Assembly (NCBI RefSeq): GCF_016432865.1
Contig: NC_067404.1
Coordinates: 83,328,001 to 83,392,000 of the forward strand
Length of the DNA: 64,000 bases
Direction of reading: 5' to 3'
DNA from: Antechinus flavipes
Taxonomy: Eukaryota
The notes below the pieces were generated by a model, which did not search any database, had not been told where the DNA came from, and was given only the letters and a program-made list of their open reading frames with translations. Numbering within the stretch: position 1 is the first letter of the stretch; each line of letters starts with the position of its first letter. Made by a program: the position numbers and the translations under genes. Shown piece after piece: positions 49,718 to 60,300 of the stretch.

Positions 49718-50222
49718 TTTTTTTTTTTAATAACTTTTTATTGATAGAACGCATGCCAGGGTAATTTTTTTACAGCATTATCCCTTGCATTCACTTCTGT
49801 TCCGATTTTTCCCCTCCCTCCCTCCACCCCTTCCCCCAGATGGCAAGCAGTCCTTTACGTGTTGAATGGGTTACAGTATATACTAGATACAATATATGTG
49901 TGCAGAACCAAACAGTTTTCTTGTTGCACAGGGAGAATTGGATTCAGAAGGTAGAAATAACCCGGGAAGAAAAACAAAAATGCAAGCAGTTTATATTCAT
50001 TTCCCAGTGTTCTTTCTCTGGGTGTAGCTGTTTCTGTCCATCTTTGATCAATTAAGGCTCTCTTTATCGAAGAGATCCACTTCCATCAGAATACGTCCTC
50101 AAACAGTATCGTTGTTGAGGTATATAATGATCTCCTGGTTCTGCTCATTTCACTCAGCATCAGTTCATGTAAGTCTCGCCAGTCCTCTCTGTAATCATCC
50201 TGCTGGTCATTCCTTACAGAAC
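49718..50222 (-). mobile_element. 5'-truncated young L1 3' end (same family as 43258-43997)
   Basis: Poly-T at 49718-49728, then the reverse complement of the same 3'UTR (ATCAATAAAAAGTTAT; CCCTCCCTCCACCCC; GAAGTGGAT) and the ORF2 terminus. Confidence 0.85.
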
Positions 50223-50436
50223 GTACTTGTTAGTTTCCTCTGTGTTTTGGAGAGTCTTGTTAGAGATATTGGCCACACTTTTTCTCATTGGAAGCTTCCC
50301 TTCTTAATCTAGCTGCTCTGATTTGGTTCATGCAAAATGTGGAAATGAATGGGATCGAAATGTCCTGTTGCCAATGAGGTGATTCAGACCATCTTGTGAT
50401 GGAGAGAACCATCTACACCCAGAGAGGAGACTGTGG
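50223..50436 (+). repeat. 214-bp direct duplication, copy 2
   Basis: Matches 47607-47820 and starts immediately at the 5' junction of the minus-strand L1. Confidence 0.9.
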
Positions 50437-51779
50437 GAACTGAGGATGGACCACAACATAGCATTTTCATGCTTTTTGTTGTTGTTCACTTGCATTTTGT
50501 TTTCTTTCTCATTTTTTCCCTTTTTGATTTTATTTTTCTTGTGCAGGATGATAATTGTAGAAATATGTTTATACAGATCAGATTTAACATATATTTGAAC
50601 ATGTTTAACAATAACAAAAAAAGAATGATTGGAGTGAAAAAAAAAGAAATATTCTGTTGGCTCTGCTGTCACTTCTCTCCCTAGTCATAGTTGTGAAAAG
50701 GTCCTTGCTTTTCTGTCCTGGCACCGATCTTTTGTGCCAGTGCCTGGTTCTTGTGTCCATTGCCTGTTACTTGCTCTTGTTTCCATCCTCTGTAGATCTC
50801 TTTAAAAACTCTTTCTGTTATTGTTAGCTTGCATTTTTGTTTTTCTTCCCAGGTTATTTTTACCTTCTTTCTAAATCCGATTTTCTTGTACAACAAGATA
50901 AGTGTATAAATATGTATACATATATTGTATTTAACATATACTTAACATGTTTAACATGTATGGGAATACCTGCCATCCAGGGCAGGGGGTGCAGGGAAGG
51001 AGGGGAAAAGTCAGAACAGAAGGTTTTGCAAGGGTCAATGTTGAAAAATTACCCATGCGTATGTTCTATCAACAAAAAGCTATAATAATAATAAAATTGT
51101 ATTGCAATATTACTAAAAACAAAACAAAAACAAAAACAACCAACAACCACCAAAAAAATCCTCAGTGGGTTAATGAGTTCCCCATGTTTAAGATCATCCT
51201 CTTTGACCACTCCTTCATTTCCCATCATCCGAATGTTCCTCTTTGTCTTTGGAATCTAATTAGTACCGTCCTTCTGGGGCACTCCTCCAAACTTGGAAGT
51301 AGGTCGGGATCTCCAGAGGTCAGCCACTATCCTAGGGTTCTCCTGCGTGGTTCTCATTAACACTCAGATCACTCAATTGGCCTTGAGCAAAGTGTTTGCT
51401 CAGAAGGTAGAATAAGAACGGTGCTTACAAAAACATTTCCTCAGAACACTAGGGTGTATTCACCCACAAATACATACAGGACCCATGGGAAGAATATACT
51501 CAGAGTATGGAGGCAGCGAGGCCATCTGTAAAGAACATGGGTGGCAAAGGGGTGACACAGCTCCAGATAGTGGAACCTCAACCCTCTGATTGTAATTCTC
51601 AGCTCCTAAACCTGGAGTACTCCAGCACTAGATTCCACGCATAGACCTAAGGGGTGTGATTGTCTCCATCCCAAGATATTTCCTGTGTGTCATCATCCAT
51701 CTCCAGCCAATGGACAAAGCCCTATTATCCTCTCTTATTGCTAAGGGTTTATTCATACATTTACATGGAAATTCCCTCC

Positions 51780-52045
51780 AAATCTGTAGTTCCTTCATTT
51801 TTGAAAAGGACCAATGATATTACAGGGGACATCTTGACTTGTGAGTGAATTGGATTTAAGTGAGGCAGTCCTACAAAGCCATCAGCTTCGCTCTCTCTTC
51901 CGGAATCACTCAAGTCCAGGGGCAAGACAAGAGTCAGGATAACTGGCAATGGCTCGGGATGCAATGGATGACCTTGGCTTGTTCAGTGCCTGACCAAGCT
52001 CTAAGTTCTCCACAGTGCCTGCTTCGGCTGCCATTGGAATGATTG
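51780..52045 (+). mobile_element. RTE-related SINE fragment (WALLSI/RTESINE-like)
   Basis: GTGAATTGGATTTAAGTGAGGCAG...GCAAGACAAGAGTCAGGATAACTGGCAATGGC motif recalled from marsupial RTE-SINEs. Confidence 0.5.
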
Positions 52046-52931
52046 TTCTCATCCTGCCCCCCCCCCCTTATTCTGCTGACAGTAGTCTTCACATGTTTGG
52101 AGTAGACACCCCACTACTATCACCCATCACCAGTGGGTTTGGGGCTTTTCTGTCACTTTCAAACTAGTTTAGCCTGTCTGGAGAGATCGCTGGCCATTCC
52201 CCTGCCCATGGTACAGCTTCTCGGAGCCACGTGAGAGTTGGGGGACAGGGGACACTTCCCTTCCTGCCAACTTTCTCCAAGGGACACATCAATTCCTGCT
52301 AGAAAGGGAAGCAGGAGGTTCGATCACTCTGCTCTTCTCAGAGACAGGGGATATAGAGCCAGGACTCACTGTCTCCCTGTTCCTCAGTTCTCTCATCTGC
52401 AAAATATACCTACACGGTCTCCCTCACAGAATTGTTGTTAGGAATATGCTTTGTCAGTTCGAACACATGTCATCTGAGTCCCGAGCCTATGAACACGGGG
52501 CTCTCTCCTCATTGGTGGAGATCGATGTTCTGTGTCTGCATGAGGAGCATCGGTGGGGGTCCCTTCAGTCTCTTTGGGCCCCTTTAGTGGCTCTAGGCAC
52601 TTCTGGTTTCCATCTTGGAAAGAGAGGATGGACGTGGTCCACCTGACTTTCCATTACTGGAAAAAAAAAAGCCTCTGAGAAGAAGGTGACATGAAAGGAG
52701 TTGGCAGCCTCTATGATATCCCTACACCCAGCTTGCTACACTTGAGACTTCCGGGGAGTTTCCCTTTGGGTGAGATCTGAGACTCGCCTTTGATTGAAGT
52801 GGCTTACCTTGCTCCCATTGGGAGAACTCCTTTCCTTTACGTGTCTATTAGACTTTCTCTCACTCATACGATCTCTGATCTCTATTCATTGCTATTCAAA
52901 TCAGATATGTGGATTTCTCCACTACTTTCTT

Positions 52932-52991
52932 AACAAAGCGTATACATTGTAAACAAAGCGTATACATTGTAAACAAAGTGTATACATTGTA
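52932..52991. repeat. 20-bp minisatellite AACAAAGCGTATACATTGTA x3 (plus partial copy)
   Basis: Direct reading; one substitution in the third copy. Confidence 0.9.
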
Positions 52992-53412
52992 AACATTGTA
53001 AAACCTTATAAAATTTGGTGGGAAAGGGATGAGACCTTGCATATAGAGCTTGGGATCCGATTCTCTCATTAATGAATCGTGATCAAAAGTCAGCTTCAAA
53101 CTGAAAATAACATCTCCTAGACGGATGATATTCAAAGGAATGGACAGATCTAGTTGTAGCTCTCTACCCGCCTCCCCCCAGAAGAGCAGAGGGACCCAGC
53201 TTCCCGCCTCCCTTTCTAGCAGGAATTGTGTCCCTTGGAGAAAGTTGGCGGGAGGAACAGAAGTGGCAGGAGAGAGCGATCCCGCCTTCCTTCCAGCCAC
53301 ATAGGAAGGGCCTCATGACACATGAATTATTTTGGGAGCCTGGGGCAGCTAGGAAGGGAGTGGGGGCCGGGGACAAGAGAATGGGGGGAGAGGAGGCCAG
53401 TTCCAGAAGGCT

Positions 53413-53427
53413 CCACTAGATGGCGGC
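53413..53427 (+). promoter_or_regulatory. Strong CTCF core motif CCACTAGATGGCGGC
   Basis: Near-consensus match to CCASYAGRKGGCRS, located between the divergently oriented ARR3 and P2RY4 5' ends. Confidence 0.65.
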
Positions 53428-53519
53428 AGTAGCAGCCTCTAGAGAGTGGAGAGCAAACTGGCTCGGAGGAGCTGGGTCACGCCTGCAGCGTGACCTTTGT
53501 TCTAGCGGATGAATCCACG

Positions 53520-54050
53520 TGATTGTGTGTGCATTCACGCGTGTGTGTGTATGTGTGTAGGAATATGAGTGTGTGGGAGTGTGATGGTGTATTTTTTTTT
53601 GTGTGTGTGTGTGTTTTTTTGTGTGTGCGTGCATGTCAGTGTGTGTCTCAGTGTGCTCATGTGACTGTGACGTGTCTGTCGGTGAGTATGTCAGGCTGTG
53701 AGCGTATGTTTATGTATGAATGGGAGGGAGCGTGCAAGTATGTGTACGTGTGTAGGAATGCGTCTATGTATGGGAGTGACTGTGGGATTGTATGAATATA
53801 CACCATCCATGTATTAATGTGTGTGTCACCAGGGTACTGGATGGGTGTTTGTGAGCTACACGAGTGGATGACTGGATGTGTGCACATGGGAGTGGACGTG
53901 AGCACGGATATCTGTGTATCTGGATTGTGTGACGCATGCATGTTTGTGTGAACATACATCAGAGAGTCTGTATTTATATGTAGGAGCACATATGTTCACA
54001 CATGTCCCTTTGAGTGTGTGCTTGTGTGAATGTGTTGAGAGTGGAAGGCT
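53520..54050. repeat. Degenerate (TG)-rich low-complexity tract
   Basis: About 500 nt dominated by alternating TG/TA/CG dinucleotides. Confidence 0.85.
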
Positions 54051-55266
54051 GGGCAAGCCTCACCTCTGGGCCACGGAAGCCCAGGGTTAGGGCTAGCTCT
54101 GGAACCTGTCCGAGACACTGTCATCAGAGACTCAGCTGAGTCCTTCCTTCCCCTCTGTGAAACAGCAGGGCTTCCTCGGGCCAGATTTCCTGTCTTCTGA
54201 TGGAATTGTGCCCCCCCCCAAGTCCACAGGCCCACTGTGGGTCTCTCTGAGCTAGGAAGGCCCTGGCACCCCCTGAGCTCTAGGGCTGGCTCAGCTTCAA
54301 GGCTTCCCCTTCCTTCTACCTCCAGGAACCAGTTTACTGCTTGTCAAGAAAATATTCCAGTTTAAACTTGCCCTGACTTCCCATCCTTCCCCAGGCCCCC
54401 AAGCTTCCTTTTGGAGCCACAGTTTTCCAGGGAACTTAGGCTAGGGGGCACAGGACTGAACGAGACGGGATTCTCTTCCCGCTTCCCTATAGAAAGCCTC
54501 TGCAGGGGCCACGGGACAGATGACCCGTATTGTCTGGGTGACTCTGGGTGAATGACCTAGCTTCTCTGGTCCCCGAGGTTCCTCCTCTGCCCAAAGAGGT
54601 GGTACTAGCTGGTGTCTGAGGCACCTGGCAGTGAGGATCCTCGGATCTTGTGAGCCTATGAGCTTATGGGATGGGATGGCATGGCATGGGAGGAGGAGCG
54701 GCCCTCCCCCTTGGGCCCCGCCCTCCAGCTATGCCCTCAGGCACAGGGAGCAGGCAAGGCAGAGACACCTGAACTCAGCTCCAGGGGACCAGGTAGGAGC
54801 AGCGCCAAGGCCCGTGGCTAGCTACGGGTGAGCTTAGGGCTCCCTAGATAAGCCCCCCCCCCCACCCCGGGCCTTCTCTTTGACCTTGTGATCACAGATC
54901 GGCATAGGGGCTGGGAGGCAGACCGAGAGCTCCTCAAAAGCTCTACCCTGCTTGGACCTGGGAAGGCGAGCCAGCTGCTGAGACGGGAGTGCCGAGCTCC
55001 ACCTCCCTCTCCTCTCTTGGCCGAGAGTCAGGCATCCTGGGTTGAGATCTGGCCGTCCTTACCCACTTTGAAGGGCAGAGGCCACTGTGGGCCTCCGACT
55101 CTGACACGCCCTCCTCTACCTTTTCCAGAGAGCTGAGGTGATTTCCCCTGCCGCCTTATCTCCTTGTTCCCGGAGGTTTGGGAAATCAGCAGGGTATTCC
55201 TTGGTCCCGGGACTCCCTGTGCCTGCCAGGGGCCCTCCTTCAAGGTGGCCTCCCTTCCTCCGGGCC

Positions 55267-56313
55267 ATGGCCAGCAGCGACACCCCGGTGCTCGGCTCCC
55301 CCAGCCCGTCCCCAGGGCCCGGCTCTGGCAGCGGGGACATGGAAGTGGCCTGCTGGTTTGACGAAGAGTTCAAGTTCATCCTGCTCCCGGTCAGCTACGC
55401 CGTGGTCTTCGTGGTGGGCTTGAGCCTCAACATCCCCACTCTGTTCCTCTTTCTCTTCCGCCTCCACCCCTGGGACGCCACGGCCACGTACATGTTCCAC
55501 CTGGCGCTATCTGACACCCTCTACGTGCTGTCGCTGCCGACCCTCATCTACTACTACGCGGCCCGCAACGACTGGCCCTTCGGGACCGGCCTCTGCAAGT
55601 TTGTGCGTTTTCTCTTCTACTGGAACTTGTACAGCAGCGTCCTGTTCCTGACCTGTATCAGCGTGCACCGCTACCTGGGCATCTGCCACCCGCTGCGGGC
55701 CCTCCGCTGGGGCCGGCGCCACATCGCCAATCTCATCTGCCTGGCCGTCTGGCTGATCGTGGCCGCTTGCCTGGTGCCCAATCTCTTCTTCGTTACCACC
55801 AGCACTCGAGGGGACACTACCTTGTGTCACGACACCACGAAACCCGAGGACTTTGACCACTACGTCCATTTCAGTTCGGCCATCATGGCTCTGCTGTTCG
55901 GGCTCCCCTTTCTGGTCACCCTGGTGTGCTACGGCCTCATGGCGCGGCGTCTGTGGCGGCCCCTGCCCGGCGCGGCCCAGTCCTCCTCCCGCCTCCGCTC
56001 TTTGCGCACCATTGCCGTGGTGCTGACCGTCTTTGCCATCTGCTTTGTGCCCTTCCACATCACCCGCACCATCTACTACTTGGCACGGCTCCTGGAGGCG
56101 AATTGTTACACGCTGGGCATCGTCAATATCACCTACAAGGTGACCCGCCCGCTGGCCAGCGCCAACAGTTGCCTGGATCCCGTGCTCTACCTCCTCACGG
56201 GGGACAAATATCGGCGGCAGCTGAGGCAGCTCTGCTGCAAAAGGCCCAATCAGCCCCGTACGGTTTCCTCCCTGGTACTTGTGTCCCGGCCTGAGGAGAG
56301 CAGCTGCAGGTAG
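55267..56313 (+). CDS. P2RY4: P2Y purinoceptor 4 (pyrimidinergic GPCR), 348 aa, single coding exon
   Basis: ATG in GCCATGG context. MASSDTPVLG...CWFDEEFKFILLPVSY...HRY (DRY-equivalent)...CHDTT...NSCLDPVLY, seven hydrophobic helices. The ORF-track start at GTG 55138 is probably 5'UTR; an acceptor TTTTCCAG at 55121-55128 implies an upstream non-coding exon. Confidence 0.96.
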   Translation: MASSDTPVLGSPSPSPGPGSGSGDMEVACWFDEEFKFILLPVSYAVVFVVGLSLNIPTLFLFLFRLHPWDATATYMFHLALSDTLYVLSLPTLIYYYAARNDWPFGTGLCKFVRFLFYWNLYSSVLFLTCISVHRYLGICHPLRALRWGRRHIANLICLAVWLIVAACLVPNLFFVTTSTRGDTTLCHDTTKPEDFDHYVHFSSAIMALLFGLPFLVTLVCYGLMARRLWRPLPGAAQSSSRLRSLRTIAVVLTVFAICFVPFHITRTIYYLARLLEANCYTLGIVNITYKVTRPLASANSCLDPVLYLLTGDKYRRQLRQLCCKRPNQPRTVSSLVLVSRPEESSCR

Positions 56314-57278
56314 GGGCGCGACCCCATCGGGCCCGAAGGCACACCATCCCGAAGGCAGGGGGATTAGAATATTGGGGGGGGCAATGGTGTCTGATGAGAC
56401 TACCCTGACAGAGCTGGCCCAGGCCTCCCTTTGCCCCCTAAGAGGCTTGGGTTCCCAAGTGAGGACCCGGCCCTGGAAGTGGGAAGGAAAGGTCCCCGTC
56501 CCCGAGTTCTTTCCTATTCCATCTCCAGCTGGGGCTCTGCTGATGGGAACCGATTCTAGCCAAAGCCTCCTCATCACTTGGGAGCCAAAGCCGCTCAGTG
56601 CAGCCAGAGGGCTGGCAAGCTTTGCCTGGTATTTGCCACCTATATGCAGACCTCAGTTTCCTCATCTGTAGAAAGATGGGGCTGGAAGAGATGGTCCCTA
56701 AGCACTTTCTGTCTCCTCTGATCCAAAGAGCCCACTTCTGAGTACTATCCAGACCCTGTTGTCAGTACTGAGCTATTCCTTTCCATTTGGGGATGGACCC
56801 ATATGAACTTCCCAGGGTATCAGACCCAAGGTGCCAAGGACCTCTGGGGATTCTGGGCTGACCTGATTTATGTAATGCTGACAGACAGGAGGAGAAGGGG
56901 GGCGCCCGGGGATAAGGCCCCGAGAATGGGCGTAATCCCCAGCCCGTGTATTCCGGAGCATCCTCCGGCAGATGGAATACTTAAGGTCAGATTGTCAGCA
57001 GCTTAGAGGGAGCGCTGGGCCCCTGGAGGTGGGGTGGGGCCATGGGGGTCACCCAAACGGCCGGGCTAGGCTGACAACGGCCTTTGGAACCGAGCCTGCT
57101 ATTGAGTGGGCCTGCCTCCTTTATTGCTGTTTGCAGACAGCATATTTGCCCAACTTTCAGACTTAATTAAAGGCCACTTGGGTCGTAGATGGAGTGAGCC
57201 CAAGAATGGGGGAGCCACAGGGACCCTTCATGGACTTGTCCTTTTCTGGTTCATTTAGCTCTTGTCCTGGGTTGCAGT

Positions 57279-57281
<3 letters not shown>

Positions 57282-57326
<45 letters not shown>
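57282..57326. repeat. (GA)n microsatellite
   Basis: Perfect GA run of ~22 units. Confidence 0.98.
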
Positions 57327-57331
<5 letters not shown>

Positions 57332-60300
57332 CTTGTGACCTCCAGGCCTTGTAGGATGACAGCCTGGGCTTCCTTGGAGGAGGACAGCTGTTTGACTTCA
57401 GTGCTCTCCCAGCCCCTAGTGTCAGTGGGGTGAACTGGAAAAAGGGCAAGTTCTGGAATCATGAGCCTTGGGTTCGAGTCTTGGATCTGACACTTATCTG
57501 TGTGACCCTGGGAAGTCACTTCCTCTTTCCAAACCTCAGTTTCTTCCTCTGTAAAATGGCTATAGTAATCCTATTTACCAGGCAGGTACCTGACTGGCCC
57601 GGTTGTTATGGGAAGGTGTTTGATGACGTGTGAGAGCCTTTCCTCAGGCAGCCACAGTCCCCTTCTGGCTCCCTTCTTCCCTCCCAGATTTCTGATGTAG
57701 GCCCGGGAGCTCTCCTGCTGTCCCAACACCAGAGACCCTAAGAGCTAGAGCCTGGAGCTTGGTCTCAGCTCAGAAACTGAGATAAGCCTTCCTTGTTGTG
57801 AGTTTCCCTGACTGAGTCTCCCAACATTCAGACCCCTCGCTCCCGTCAGTCCATTTGTCTTTGCTTGGCTCCCCCGGATGTCTTCAGTGCTGCCCCTGCA
57901 CCCTGCACTTCTCCCCGTCCTTGACCTCCTGATCCTCAAACAGATCTAGATGACCTGGGCCAGATATATGACTGAGCGACTGGCGGAAGGAAGGAGGGAG
58001 TGAAACATTAATAACGTGCTTCTGACAAGCCGGGCTCTGTACTGAGCTTAGCGCTGAGACTGAGAGAAGAGCCAGATAGACTTGGAGTGTGAGGAGCTCC
58101 TGTTCCAATGGGGAGGGGGGCAGGACCCGGACAGACGGGGTGAGGGGTGGGAGTAGGAGGTCATTTTTCAAGGGCTCCACAGTCCTTTGAGCACGTCTTT
58201 TCCATTGCTAAAGGATACCTAACAGCCATCAGATGGTGCCGAGGCCTTGGGTGGTGAGAACTCTCTTTTTTGGCCCTTCCCTTGTGTTGGCCGGGGCTGG
58301 GGGTGGGCCACTTGCCAAGTTCTGGCTCTATAAGAGTCGCTTCCCTGGACTGTAGCTTGGAAGCAGTGCTGGTGATCCGGATGCTCTGGGTATGGTGCTG
58401 GTCTCAGAGTAATGAGCCAGGATATCTAGGCTTGTGGCCCCGGGCCCACTATCAATTAGCTGTGTTCTCAGGCAGTTACTTTATCTCTCTGGGCCTTATG
58501 TGTTCCATCTGTAAAATGGGAGGGGTTTGGTCTAAGTCCTATCGAAGGCTCCTGGGACCTCGCTTCTTCCAGCATTGGGGCGTCACTAGCTGCCTTCCCT
58601 CGGGAGCTCTGCTGGATCTCTTCTGCTTTCCTCAGGCCCGAGGCCCGCTTGCTCTCCTTGACCTTGCTTTCTCCTTACCTAAGAAGATCTGGGCCATCTG
58701 GCCTGGCTTCCCTCAGTCATCCTGCTCTTCACATCCTGGGAGCTCAGCGTCTGCACTCAGCCTTCCCTCCAAGTCTGGAGCGGGGAGCCGTTCGAAGACT
58801 CCATCTGTGTCTGGGCTCTGACCTGCCCCCTCCCCCCCGCCTATGTCCTCCAGACCCCCTATCTGCTCCCTTATTCATCCCTGCCCAATTTGGCATCTTA
58901 GGCCTTTCCTTCCCACAGGGCCAGACCTTTCTGCTTTAAAAAAAAAAAAAAAAAAAGAGCAACTTCCAAACGCCTTCCTGTCTCAACCAAGCTTCTTTGC
59001 TAAAGCCCTCCTTTCCTCCCATTGGCCGTGGCCCCACACATGCCATCTGGCCTTTGCCTCTCTTCTCCCTCCAAAGGCCCCTTAGTCTGCAGACCCTCTA
59101 GCCTTTGCCCCTGTCCCGTGCTCCGTGACATCCCTCCCCATGCACTCGACAGACTCCTTTCTCATCCTCTGGGTTCCAGTCAATCTGACACCGTTTCTCT
59201 TTGTCTTTCCTCCCAAACCAGCCCCTCTCCTGACCTGACACCCTCCTCCTTAGCCATGCTTAGCTTTCCTTTCTTCTTCTCGCTGCCCTTCTCAGCTACC
59301 TCATCTTGACTTGACCCCCATCCTTTCTGATTAAGCCCCCAATTCCTCCAGACTTGATTCTGTACTGCCGCTCACTTCTGACCCACGTCTCCTCCCCAGT
59401 CTGGAGCTTTACCGTTCCTTACTTGAACTCTGGCATTGACGGGGAACCAATGAGGTAGCACCGCAGTGCCCAGCACTGAGGAGACCAGAGCGTAAAATTG
59501 ACCTGATGCTACTCTGTAAACTACTTAACCACTGCCTGCCTCAGTTTCCTCAACTGTTGCTGCTGCTGCAGTTTTTTTCCTAACTGCTCTCTCTGTCTTC
59601 ACTCTTCCTCTCATAACAATGCTCTGAGCCACAAAGGGAAGATTCATTTTCCACATGTCTTTTGCTTCCATCATGCTCCCTGGTTAGAAACTCATAAATT
59701 ATAGGGTCAAACTAAACCAGTATCTCCAGTTTTTTTTTTTTCAACAGAAATCCTTAACTCCAGACAGACGAGTTTGGAGTCAGGAACCGCCTTTGTGTCC
59801 TTTCCTGCCTCCAGAGCTTTGCTATTTCTGCTTGTCCCACCTGGAATACATTCCGCACCTCAGCCCAACTGCAGTCCTTCTCCTGAACCACTTGTTGGCA
59901 ATGCCAGACCTCTGGTAGTGACCACATCCTCCCCTGTGCCATCCCATAAGTGACTGGAGTATTCTTGGCTATATTCACCGTGTGCTTTTGGGTCCTCCCC
60001 AGACTCTCAGCTCCCTCAGGAGTTGAGACCCAGCTCTTTGTATCTCCCCTAGCATGGAAAGAGCTACACAATGAATATTTATTTGTTGAAGGGATGAGAG
60101 GACGAGTCCAGTTGACGGGTTGTCTTTCCCAGCAGTGCTTGCGCTTTAAGATTGAAACCCAAAGGAGTGGGATGATTTGGAGACTATGGAGGAGGAAATA
60201 GATAATTTTTTTCAGGGGGTGCTTTTCAATTTTCATCAGGCATGGGGCCTAGTGTTTGAATTACAGTCTGAGAGAGCCTCAGCAGCCGCCAACCAAGCCA

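Noticed and set aside
55138-55266. 43-aa N-terminal extension of P2RY4 from GTG 55138
   Set aside because: Non-ATG start; homology begins at ATG 55267, which has a strong Kozak context.
58226-58239. Second CTCF-like motif CCATCAGATGGTGC
   Set aside because: It has two mismatches at informative positions, which is expected by chance in 64 kb.
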